A model generated the notes under the pieces. It saw only the letters and a list, made by a program, of their open reading frames with translations. It searched no databases and was not told the origin of the DNA. The position numbers and the translations under genes are program-made. 64,000 nucleotides of DNA from a virus. Each line of letters starts with the position of its first letter. Positions within the stretch are counted from its first letter, which is position 1. Below, in pieces: positions 27,301 through 35,270 of this stretch. The stretch is taken from positions 1 to 64,000 of the IMG/VR virus record IMGVR_UViG_3300010885_054390, one strand, 5' to 3'.

Positions 27301-28194
27301 ATGACAACCAAACGTTCCAACGCCTCGGACTCCTCCAAGGCAACACAAGTATTCCCGCTAACCTTCGAGAAGTTCCTCGAGATTGCGGGAGACCCCGACC
27401 CCGACCACAACAGCCGTTACAAGTCTGCGAACCAACAGCCCACGTCCAAGACATGGGCAGACGGAGTCGACTACTTCGAGAGCGTAAGGCGTCTCAAGAT
27501 CGGCTGGCCAGAGGGCGTGAAGAAAGCCCGTGAGTTAAGCTCGAAGCTCTATTCACGTTTAAACGCCGAGTACAGCTTCCAACGTGACATCAAGTTCGAC
27601 ACGACTGGTGACTGGTTCGACATCGGACGAGTGCTTGAAGGTGAGCCCGATTGCTGGGGTTCCGAGATCGAGCTTGACGACGAGTTCTCCAATGACAAGC
27701 GTGGGAAGATCGTTCGAGTGGCAGTGAATGTCGGGGCGTCCTGCTCCTATAGCTCGGAGCAAATCCTCCAACGGGGAGTGTATGCCCTCGCCATCGTCGA
27801 CCTACTCGAACGACTGGGCAAGAGCGTCGAGCTCACGGCCTCATGCAAGGTGGAGAAGAACGGCAAAATCTGGGGCTGGGAATTGCCCTTGAAGCAAGCG
27901 GGAGAAGAGCTCTCCCTTGACCGAGTGGCACACATCCTCGGTAGCCCTGCTGGCTTTCGCCGAAGCTGGTTCCGAGTCATCGAGCACACTGACTACCCCG
28001 ATTGCGGAAGCGGTCTCGGATGCCCTACAGACTGGACGGAGAGCGAGCTCAAGCAACGTCAGGTGGACATCTACATCGGAGCGTTGTTCTCGGGGAACAC
28101 CCCTTGGCAGGGCAAGACGGACACGAAGTTCATCATCGAGCAACTGGCCAAGGCGGGCATCAAGTTAGAGCGTGAGGAGGATGCGAAGGCATAA
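27301..28194 (+). CDS. VWA-like partner of the AAA+ ATPase
   Basis: DIGRVLEGEPDCW, degenerate MIDAS VNVGASCS, IVDLLERLGKSVE; adjacent to a MoxR-like ATPase. Confidence 0.65.
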   Translation: MTTKRSNASDSSKATQVFPLTFEKFLEIAGDPDPDHNSRYKSANQQPTSKTWADGVDYFESVRRLKIGWPEGVKKARELSSKLYSRLNAEYSFQRDIKFDTTGDWFDIGRVLEGEPDCWGSEIELDDEFSNDKRGKIVRVAVNVGASCSYSSEQILQRGVYALAIVDLLERLGKSVELTASCKVEKNGKIWGWELPLKQAGEELSLDRVAHILGSPAGFRRSWFRVIEHTDYPDCGSGLGCPTDWTESELKQRQVDIYIGALFSGNTPWQGKTDTKFIIEQLAKAGIKLEREEDAKA

Positions 28195-28212
28195 CGGATT
28201 TGGGCAGTGGGT

Positions 28213-28250
28213 ACTGGTGCTCGTGAGGTTCGAATCCTCACGGCATCGGT
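28213..28250 (+). ncRNA. tRNA T-loop minihelix
   Basis: ACTGGTGC-t-CGTGAGG-TTCGAAT-CCTCACG-GCATCGGT; intergenic; no D or anticodon arm. Confidence 0.45.
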
Positions 28251-28282
28251 TAAACGAAACACGAAACATAGGAGCACGAACA

Positions 28283-28552
28283 ATGAAAAGTTTTGCATCA
28301 TTCGAAAAACAATACAAGCCGACCAAGCGTACGCCGACAGCGGACGACCCTAGCGACGACATCCTCTTCGAAACCTACGGAGAGGACGAACAGCTAGTGC
28401 GGAGGACGAACCCGAAGCACGTTTGGACACTGCTCGACGGCGAGCACGAAACAATCATCTGTGCTGGTATGCACTTCTGCAACCGCATCAACTACCTCAT
28501 AACGGAGACCGCATGGGACGATAAAAACCTATGCTTCCGCTATGTCGACTAA
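28283..28552 (+). CDS. Conserved phage hypothetical protein
   Basis: FETYGED...HVWTLLDGE...G.H..NRI.Y.ITE motif; ggag RBS. Confidence 0.65.
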   Translation: MKSFASFEKQYKPTKRTPTADDPSDDILFETYGEDEQLVRRTNPKHVWTLLDGEHETIICAGMHFCNRINYLITETAWDDKNLCFRYVD

Positions 28553-28565
28553 AGGAGAACGAACA

Positions 28566-28775
28566 ATGGACAAATCAATCTACTCACTTGCGGACATTCA
28601 AAACATCTGCGACACCCACGAGTGGTCAGCACTCGTAAACATAGGCGGGGGACAAATAGAGGTGAGCGTTTACGACGATAGCGATGGCTTCGGCGTATTC
28701 ACCCCCACTGAAATCGATGCGGAGACGTACACCTTTAGGTTGTATGACTGCCCATCAAAAGGAGAAAACAAATGA
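28566..28775 (+). CDS. Hypothetical protein, paralog of 30026-30211
   Basis: aaggag RBS; shared IC....WSA and FG.F...TY.F.L.D. Confidence 0.6.
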   Translation: MDKSIYSLADIQNICDTHEWSALVNIGGGQIEVSVYDDSDGFGVFTPTEIDAETYTFRLYDCPSKGENK

Positions 28776-28930
28776 CACGAGGCGACACACTGCGAAAGAT
28801 TAGAAAGTTGACGTCATTCAAATCCGACATCGGGTTTGCAAACCTTGGACACGGAGAGGCAATCAGCCTCATCGAATGCGTCAACAAACTGGCTACACAA
28901 GCCCTACAGAAAGGAAAAAAGAAAAAATGA
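28772..28930 (+). CDS. 52-aa hypothetical protein
   Basis: aaggag RBS, ATGA overlaps at both ends; ends KGKKKK. Confidence 0.55.
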   Translation: MTRGDTLRKIRKLTSFKSDIGFANLGHGEAISLIECVNKLATQALQKGKKKK

Positions 28931-29321
28931 AACGAACCATTGAGATCGAAGACACCCTCGAGGAGCGGGTGGCGAATGCCATCGAAAGCGTACAAGACGA
29001 ACTCAAGTCCTACGTCGAACAGAATCCCGAGACTGAAGAGCTCCCATGTTTAAACAACGACTTGGACTACAGCGGTGCCATCCATGAGATCGTCGACGGA
29101 GCGGTGCCCATCTACACCTACGAGATCGAAACCACATGGTTCCTCCATGCAAGAGAGCTCGAGAGTGCCTACGAGAATGCGGGGCTCGGAGACAACCCCC
29201 GAGAGAACAACGGCATGAGTGCCATCTACTGCTACATCATGGAGCAAGTGCAGGAATGGTACCACAAACACGGCGAGGAATACTTCGAAAAGCTCCCGAA
29301 AGGAAAAAAGAAAAAATGAAA
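28909..29321 (+). repeat. Exact 24-bp direct repeat flanking the ocr-like gene
   Basis: GAAAGGAAAAAAGAAAAAATGAAA at 28909-28932 and 29298-29321. Confidence 0.85.
28927..29319 (+). CDS. Ocr-like (T7 gp0.3) anti-restriction DNA-mimic protein
   Basis: Acidic, 130 aa. AIHEIVDGAVPIYTYEI aligns with Ocr AIHMAADNAVPHYYADI; YENAGL with FEDSGL; YIMEQ with RIYEQ (Ocr sequence from memory). Confidence 0.7.
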   Translation: MKRTIEIEDTLEERVANAIESVQDELKSYVEQNPETEELPCLNNDLDYSGAIHEIVDGAVPIYTYEIETTWFLHARELESAYENAGLGDNPRENNGMSAIYCYIMEQVQEWYHKHGEEYFEKLPKGKKKK

Positions 29322-29474
29322 GACGCAACCCAAATCATCGAGGAGATCGAGGCACGACTCCTTGAGTACACAAACCTCGGCATCGATCATGCGAACGACC
29401 AGAACGCAGTGAACGAGCTCGAGAGTGCCGTAAACGAACTCCAACACCTACTCGAATGGATAAAACAAAAATGA
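29316..29474 (+). CDS. Hypothetical protein
   Basis: Start at the ATGA overlap (MKDATQ). Confidence 0.55.
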   Translation: MKDATQIIEEIEARLLEYTNLGIDHANDQNAVNELESAVNELQHLLEWIKQK

Positions 29475-29689
29475 ATACTATCACGAAATCTGTTCAAGCG
29501 TACATCGACCACCGCATCGGAGAAATTAACCGAGAGGTGGCCACGAAGCACGAAGAAGCGAAGCGTTCACAAGGTGAGCAACTCGGCTACATCCTCGGAT
29601 GGATAGGCGATTGCCAAGCGAGACGCAGTGAATTGCACGCCGTACAGAGCTTCCTCCGAAAACTAAACCCTAACCAAGAAAGCGTTTAA
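29471..29689 (+). CDS. Hypothetical protein
   Basis: ATGA overlap; helical. Confidence 0.55.
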   Translation: MNTITKSVQAYIDHRIGEINREVATKHEEAKRSQGEQLGYILGWIGDCQARRSELHAVQSFLRKLNPNQESV

Positions 29690-29694
29690 CCACT

Positions 29695-30033
29695 ATGGCT
29701 AATGCTAAAACATACAAACTGATGGACGGAGAGAAACGGAATCAGGCGAACCCTGACACCTTCTCCATCCCCGAACTCAACGAACGAAACAACCTAGCCC
29801 TCGACGAGTGCTATGCGAAGCTCGGCTTCGTCATGCCACGGCGAAAAAATAGGGTATCCGCAGAAAGAATGTGGGTACGAGTGAAGACGAAAGATGCGAA
29901 GGGCACCTACACTGGTGAGCTTGCCAACGAGCCAGCCTTCGTACCAAATCTATTTTTCGGAACGCCCGTCCGCTTCAAGGCGAAGCACGTACTCGACATT
30001 CAGATGGTGAAAGAGGAGGACAGCGATGAATAA
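29695..30033 (+). CDS. DUF2314-like protein
   Basis: ERMWVRV...YTGELANEP motif. Confidence 0.6.
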   Translation: MANAKTYKLMDGEKRNQANPDTFSIPELNERNNLALDECYAKLGFVMPRRKNRVSAERMWVRVKTKDAKGTYTGELANEPAFVPNLFFGTPVRFKAKHVLDIQMVKEEDSDE

Positions 30034-30211
30034 GACCTACACTGACGAACAAGTAAACGCGATCTGCGAGGAGTGGGGATGGAGTGCCTGCGAATGCTCG
30101 AACGAATACGAGAACAGCATTCAAGTATGCACCCATCGTCACGACGACTACTTCGGCAGATTCAATAAAATCACTGACGGAACCTACAACTTCGAACTAA
30201 AGGACGTTTAA
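30026..30211 (+). CDS. Hypothetical protein, paralog of 28566-28775
   Basis: ggagg RBS; shared residues with the paralog. Confidence 0.6.
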   Translation: MNKTYTDEQVNAICEEWGWSACECSNEYENSIQVCTHRHDDYFGRFNKITDGTYNFELKDV

Positions 30212-30213
30212 CC

Positions 30214-30399
30214 ATGAACAAACCAGTCAACAGATACCTCATCGACTTGGTAAAGTTTACCGAGCGACTTCGGGAACTGCGGGACAGCGATGCGAACCCT
30301 TGTAACGAGGAGAACGCAGAGGGCTTGTGCCCCTGCCACACCTTCGACCAAGCCATCGATCAACTCGAGAACGTGCAAAGCATTCTCAAAACTCTGTAA
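30214..30399 (+). CDS. Small Cys-containing hypothetical protein
   Basis: PC...CPCH motif. Confidence 0.5.
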   Translation: MNKPVNRYLIDLVKFTERLRELRDSDANPCNEENAEGLCPCHTFDQAIDQLENVQSILKTL

Positions 30400-30411
30400 A
30401 AAAAATCACCT

Positions 30412-30645
30412 ATGATGATATACACACAGGGAAACGCAAAGACTTCGGACGGAACACCAGCCTCCGTGCTTACTCGCCCCAAGCCACACGGCTTCGGCAT
30501 ACCACCCGAGCATTTGGCCAAGGCCGACCGCTATGTGGTGCTGGTAACAGACATCCGCGACCGCGAACCTCCGCATTCACTATGTGAGCTGTACGAGGCC
30601 GAAGCGTTTAAACCTTATTACTCGGAACGCATCGATCAACACTAA
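30412..30645 (+). CDS. Hypothetical protein
   Basis: Contiguous ORF. Confidence 0.5.
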   Translation: MMIYTQGNAKTSDGTPASVLTRPKPHGFGIPPEHLAKADRYVVLVTDIRDREPPHSLCELYEAEAFKPYYSERIDQH

Positions 30646-30694
30646 CAACTTTTCGTGGGACAAGACGTTGCAAATCAACGCAAAACCCCCCGAA

Positions 30695-30724
30695 TGTCAC
30701 CGAAACTAAACACACCTCAACCTA
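30695..30724 (+). promoter_or_regulatory. Early bipartite motif copy 5
   Basis: TGTCACCG-aaactaaacacac-CTCAACCTA, 10 nt before an ATG. Confidence 0.8.
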
Positions 30725-30734
30725 AAGGACAACC

Positions 30735-31241
30735 ATGAGCAACAACGAAAAACCAAACAACGACGAAACAAACGAAGCACAGAGACAAGCACGCCTCGAG
30801 GAGATCGGGAAGTGCATCACCGACTTCGTGAACGATGACCGCACTCCCGCCATACTCAAGTGGGGCTTACAGATTCTCTTCATCGCTACGTCCGATGACG
30901 ACACGAAGAGCGGAGTAGTAGGCGGTTTGCTGGCCTGCGGGCACAGAGCCTTCGACAACGCAATCTCCAAATCGCGAGAGGAGGGCAACGAAGCCTTGGC
31001 CAAGAAGCTCGAGAAAGATAAGAACGACATGATTAAGCTCGCCCTTCAAGTCGACTTCCGTGGTGCGGTAACCTCCGTACTGCGAACGAAGCTGGGCGAG
31101 ATTGCAGACGATGGCGAGGAGGCCGAGGAGGCACCCTCCCCGAAGGTGATAGTAGTCGAGCAAAAGAAACCAGTATCGGAGGACAACGTACTGCTACCCA
31201 AGCAGAAGAAGGAACCAAATCCCTTTGCAGGGAGGAACTAA
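30735..31241 (+). CDS. Hypothetical protein
   Basis: aagga RBS directly after motif 5. Confidence 0.65.
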   Translation: MSNNEKPNNDETNEAQRQARLEEIGKCITDFVNDDRTPAILKWGLQILFIATSDDDTKSGVVGGLLACGHRAFDNAISKSREEGNEALAKKLEKDKNDMIKLALQVDFRGAVTSVLRTKLGEIADDGEEAEEAPSPKVIVVEQKKPVSEDNVLLPKQKKEPNPFAGRN

Positions 31242-31242
31242 C

Positions 31243-31458
31243 ATGAGATTACAGACAAAAGAACAAATCCAAGACTGGCTCAAGAGCTACAAGAAGAACG
31301 ATTCATTTGCGATTCTCTTTTGGACAAAGGACGAGATAGAAGAAAACCTTGGACGTAAGATCAAGGAGACGGAGTGGAAAAGAGCGGTCAATGCCGTTGA
31401 CTCCGACAGCGAAGAGCAGGTGCTCGGGGAAAACATCGAAGAGCACTTGAGCGTCTAA
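31243..31458 (+). CDS. Hypothetical protein
   Basis: ggagg RBS. Confidence 0.55.
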   Translation: MRLQTKEQIQDWLKSYKKNDSFAILFWTKDEIEENLGRKIKETEWKRAVNAVDSDSEEQVLGENIEEHLSV

Positions 31459-31570
31459 CGAGATGACGAGTGGGCAGACATCATTTGCGATGGCTGAAAA
31501 GGTTGGTTGCGATGTAACCTCCGCAATCAATCGTTCCCTACTTGTCGTTTAACCGAGAGGAAACACTAAC

Positions 31571-31747
31571 ATGAAGTACATTGTATTTGCCGAGAACACG
31601 ACCTACTACTCGATGGAGGTAGAGGCCAATAGTGCGGATGAAGCAAACAAGATTGCCGAGCAGAGCGACGGAGCCGACTGGACGGAAGACTCCACAGGCA
31701 AATGGATTGTAAGCGACGAGCTCACTTGTAGGAAACCAAACAACTAG
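31571..31747 (+). CDS. 58-aa acidic protein (VEANSADEA motif)
   Basis: gagg RBS; motif similar to 34799-34996; below the track cutoff. Confidence 0.55.
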   Translation: MKYIVFAENTTYYSMEVEANSADEANKIAEQSDGADWTEDSTGKWIVSDELTCRKPNN

Positions 31748-31760
31748 GAAAATAAAAACT

Positions 31761-31970
31761 ATGCAAATTATACGCAAATCACCAGTCAGTCTCAAAATCC
31801 AATCGATGCACCTCGACATCAGCGAGCTTCAATGGACTCGGTACCTGCGAGGAGATGGTTTGATTCAAGATATATTTCCAAACTTAACCGCCGATGAGCG
31901 GGAGTTTATTAAATCAGGCATAACCAACGAGGAGTGGAAAATCCTCTTTGAACCAACGGAGGAAAGTTAA
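31761..31970 (+). CDS. Conserved phage hypothetical protein
   Basis: LIQDIFPNLTADEREFIKSGIT.EEW motif. Confidence 0.65.
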   Translation: MQIIRKSPVSLKIQSMHLDISELQWTRYLRGDGLIQDIFPNLTADEREFIKSGITNEEWKILFEPTEES

Positions 31971-31971
31971 A

Positions 31972-32172
31972 ATGATATTCGAACGTGGAGAATATAAAGG
32001 CAACCCAACACTAATCATCAAGCGAGACGAGCGGGACAGATTTCCCTTTAGTCTCGGACTACGGAAGGCGGAGATGCTCCTCCAAACAGAGGTGCAAAAC
32101 CAACTCGAGAAGTTTGTGCTTGAACACAAGGTTGACGATGGGCTTGAGAACAATGATGGCGAACACGCATGA
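31972..32172 (+). CDS. Conserved hypothetical protein
   Basis: EYKGNPTLII...FSLGLRKA; ggagg RBS. Confidence 0.6.
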   Translation: MIFERGEYKGNPTLIIKRDERDRFPFSLGLRKAEMLLQTEVQNQLEKFVLEHKVDDGLENNDGEHA

Positions 32173-32390
32173 GTAGCCTCATAAACAAGCGGATGTTCAA
32201 GACGTACTTGCTTTCGCTATCGAAGGTAAATGCGGACAAACGCAACGAGGCTCGAAGGGAGATGGGGATACTTGCCAACCTAAAGCCCCACTCCCGAGTC
32301 TCAAAGGAAACCTACGACAACGCAACCGCCCATCTAATCAACTGGATGAAGGCACACATCATCGAAAAGAAAAAAGGAAAAACATTATGA
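32169..32390 (+). CDS. Small basic hypothetical protein
   Basis: ATGA overlaps at both ends. Confidence 0.55.
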   Translation: MSSLINKRMFKTYLLSLSKVNADKRNEARREMGILANLKPHSRVSKETYDNATAHLINWMKAHIIEKKKGKTL

Positions 32391-32953
32391 ATAAAACACC
32401 TACAACCGAATCACGAAAGCACAAGGGCATATCACCCGACCAAAAGAAAGCCATCGAAACCTACGAAAAACTTTGTTCGGAGAAAGACAAGGGCGAACTC
32501 TCCTTCGAAACCTCCAACAAAGCAAGAGAGTTTCTATACAAGTACAACCAAGAATGCTTGTTTAAACACTTCCGCAAGATCAAGGCCAAGCAGGCCGAGA
32601 TAACCTTCGATGGCTCGGGAGACAGCGGGCAGATCGAAAGCTCCTCCATCGATGGGAAGCACTTCATCAAGAACTCCAAGAAAAGCGGGATTGTAGAGGG
32701 CTTTATTAGCCACACTTGCACCACCTTTCTTGAAGAAGGTGGACTGCAACACGGATGGAATACAAAGGTATGCCTTTACGAAGCCATCGAAGACTACTGC
32801 TACAACATCCTTGAGAGCGAACACGGAGGCTGGGAGATCAACGCAGGTTCCTTTGGAGAGTTTGTTCTCGACGCCCGAGGAGATGAACTTGTAACAAAGC
32901 TCACCATGAACGAACGCTACGAAGACGTAACAACTTCGGAGGAGACCTACTAA
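32387..32953 (+). CDS. DUF6878-like protein
   Basis: FDGSGDSGQIE...GWEINAGSFG.F. Confidence 0.65.
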   Translation: MNKTPTTESRKHKGISPDQKKAIETYEKLCSEKDKGELSFETSNKAREFLYKYNQECLFKHFRKIKAKQAEITFDGSGDSGQIESSSIDGKHFIKNSKKSGIVEGFISHTCTTFLEEGGLQHGWNTKVCLYEAIEDYCYNILESEHGGWEINAGSFGEFVLDARGDELVTKLTMNERYEDVTTSEETY

Positions 32954-33378
32954 TGGCCAATCCCTACCACCACGCAGTAAGCTCCGCAAAGAAGTGGGGC
33001 GGGAAGCCCGAGGACTACCAGAAAATCCACGACTGGTTTGACGAATCAAAGATGATGATGGCGGACTTCCGACATCGTGCCTTGCGTCACCACGCCGAGG
33101 GATGCTTCATGGCGGAACGAATCTTCGGGAACACCATCACCAACAGCGATGGACGGAAGGTTCCGACTCGGTGGGTAGCCGAGCAACACGTCAAGGAAGA
33201 CCTTGGGCGTATCCCTTCTATGCAAGACTGGTTTGTGCACATATCAGCCAAGCCTTGGATGGGGGCTACGCAGAAGCTGGACGCCGAAAAGATTGGCTCG
33301 GGCGTTCCGCATAGCTTAATCGGGCATACCTTTGTATGCCTACCACCAACAAAAAAAGGAAGAGGGAAAAGAAAATGA
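32953..33378 (+). CDS. DUF6915-like His-rich protein
   Basis: NPYHHAVSSAKKWGG..EDY..IHDWFDESK...HRALRHH.EG...AEQHV.EDLG.IPS. Confidence 0.7.
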   Translation: MANPYHHAVSSAKKWGGKPEDYQKIHDWFDESKMMMADFRHRALRHHAEGCFMAERIFGNTITNSDGRKVPTRWVAEQHVKEDLGRIPSMQDWFVHISAKPWMGATQKLDAEKIGSGVPHSLIGHTFVCLPPTKKGRGKRK

Positions 33379-33833
33379 ACATCAAAACATTCTTAAATAA
33401 ACATCTATCGAAGAGACTCAAGGCCGAGTGCAACCGCTTGGGCGAACGTTACCGCAAGCTGGAAGCCAAGGACGAAGAAACGGGCTCTGACTCTTTCCAC
33501 GGCTCCGATGAGCCAAGCGAAATCAGAGATCGGATTATCAATATGATGGCTCCTTCGGTTAAACGCTACGCCAAAAACCTGTTCAACAATCCAGTCGACA
33601 AGGACGAAGATAGCTTTGAGTTCTTTGACTCCTTGGGCAATGACCAGCTAGAAGTCTTCTGCATCAGGCGTGGCAAAAAAGGATGGGTGGCAAGCGTTTC
33701 AACTAACTACTGGGACGCCCCCGCAGATACCTGCGACGACTCCACCTGCGTGCCTACACCAGCGGAAGCCTTCGAGTGGGGCTTTGGCGACGCAATGGCT
33801 TACCACTTCATCAACGAGAAAGTAGGAAGATAA
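33375..33833 (+). CDS. Hypothetical protein
   Basis: Start at the ATGA overlap. Confidence 0.55.
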   Translation: MNIKTFLNKHLSKRLKAECNRLGERYRKLEAKDEETGSDSFHGSDEPSEIRDRIINMMAPSVKRYAKNLFNNPVDKDEDSFEFFDSLGNDQLEVFCIRRGKKGWVASVSTNYWDAPADTCDDSTCVPTPAEAFEWGFGDAMAYHFINEKVGR

Positions 33834-33836
33834 TAT

Positions 33837-34094
33837 ATGAGCAAAACATTACTTGGCCGAGAGTTTAAAAACATCCCGACTGGCGACCTAGTCAAGCTAG
33901 TGCATGACAAGCATCAGGAGCTTAACAAGTACCCGAACAGCACCCGCATTCGAATGGAGTTTAACTTCTCAACGCAAGAGCTGTGGAAGCGAGGCTGGAA
34001 ACTCGAATACGTTACGACCCTTAAACTGCACCCGCCCCGCAAGGAACGCAGCGAAAGGTTTGTGACGTTTAAACAAAAGGAGGCCGTGGCATGA
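33837..34094 (+). CDS. Hypothetical protein
   Basis: Contiguous ORF. Confidence 0.55.
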   Translation: MSKTLLGREFKNIPTGDLVKLVHDKHQELNKYPNSTRIRMEFNFSTQELWKRGWKLEYVTTLKLHPPRKERSERFVTFKQKEAVA

Positions 34095-34492
34095 ACAGCA
34101 AAGACTTCAACCTAAAGTTTCGAAAGGAAATCCAGACCCTCAACTTCGTATACCGAAGCACGTTCTTTGTTCACTGGTTCCTTCGCAGGTTCATCTTCGA
34201 AGGCGTCTTCGCGGGGAACGCTGACTTTAACGGCAACTCCGTAAGCGTAATCAGCGTGCCCGTTTTAAGGTTTTTCCTAGCCGACCTCGAGCGTCTTGTC
34301 ATAAACTTGCACGACGAGATAGCTCGCATGAACAACTCACTCCCAAAGAAAATGCGTATACCTTTGAAGCTCCCCATCTACGAGAGCTACGCCAAGCTCA
34401 AGGCAAAGTCCGAGGCGAAGGCACGGCGGAACTCCAAAGTTTTAGTATCGTTTAACCATGAGACCAGCGACGGAACAGGCATGAATGACTGA
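34091..34492 (+). CDS. Hypothetical protein
   Basis: ggagg RBS, ATGA overlap. Confidence 0.55.
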   Translation: MNSKDFNLKFRKEIQTLNFVYRSTFFVHWFLRRFIFEGVFAGNADFNGNSVSVISVPVLRFFLADLERLVINLHDEIARMNNSLPKKMRIPLKLPIYESYAKLKAKSEAKARRNSKVLVSFNHETSDGTGMND

Positions 34493-34754
34493 CCTCGAAC
34501 CTATCCCCTCGAGAAAGAGATGCCCCTCCTGCCAGCAGGAAACACTGGAAGGCGGAATAATAGACGACTACGTTGCCAACATCCGAGGCTTTGAGATCGT
34601 AATCCGAAACATAGAAAGAGACCGATGCTCTAACTGCGGGGAGCAGTGCTACGCTTGGAGCCAATGCCTCAAGATCGACCAAGCAATCAGAGACGCTAGG
34701 AAAGCGGGGGTACGGCACGACATCGGGCTGTACGACTTTCGTTTGGACGACTAA
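34485..34754 (+). CDS. YgiT/MqsA-type zinc finger protein
   Basis: CPSC...IVIRNI...CSNCGE. Confidence 0.65.
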   Translation: MTDLEPIPSRKRCPSCQQETLEGGIIDDYVANIRGFEIVIRNIERDRCSNCGEQCYAWSQCLKIDQAIRDARKAGVRHDIGLYDFRLDD

Positions 34755-34798
34755 AAATAATCGTTGTCCTTTGCAGAATACGTGATAGTAATCGATTC

Positions 34799-34996
34799 AT
34801 GGCACAGCACAAACACTACGAAGTAAGGGTTCCTCGGAGCCACGTTGAAGTCCACAAGGTTGTGGCGGAAGACGAAGCACACGCCAAGCGTTGTGTGCTG
34901 AACGGCGAGTCGCAAGACGTAAACGTTGAGCTTGCCCCCTACAAGTCCGCCGACGAAACCAGCACCTCCGATTGGTCAGTATCCGAAGTATTGTGA
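34799..34996 (+). CDS. Small acidic hypothetical protein
   Basis: VVAEDEAHA motif; promoter-like TTGTCC-N16-TAGTAA-N7-ATG. Confidence 0.55.
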   Translation: MAQHKHYEVRVPRSHVEVHKVVAEDEAHAKRCVLNGESQDVNVELAPYKSADETSTSDWSVSEVL

Positions 34997-35234
34997 AGCA
35001 ACTTCGTTTGGAGTTCTGCGAAAGCCTAAAGTGCTGGGTTGTTAAAAACGGCAAGTGGCGTTTTGGGCACAGAGTATTTAGAGATAAAGCCAAAGCCGAA
35101 AAGTTTCTCAAAGAAATTACCCTTAAAAAATAACTCCGCTGCTGCGTTTAGACGCTGTTTCTTTGGCATCCCGAAACAAGTTTTGCTCAAAAATCAACCG
35201 CAAGTCTTTGTGTATCAATTTAAAACCCTCGAAA

Positions 35235-35264
35235 TGTCACCGAAACACGGGCGACCTCAACCTA
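35235..35264 (+). promoter_or_regulatory. Early bipartite motif copy 6
   Basis: TGTCACCG-aaacacgggcgac-CTCAACCTA, 6 nt before ATG 35271. Confidence 0.8.
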
Positions 35265-35270
35265 TGTGGC

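Noticed and set aside
24601-35264. Bipartite repeats as a CRISPR array or integron-like attC sites
   Set aside because: Irregular kb-scale spacing, not palindromic overall, no recombinase in the window; position before start codons fits promoters.
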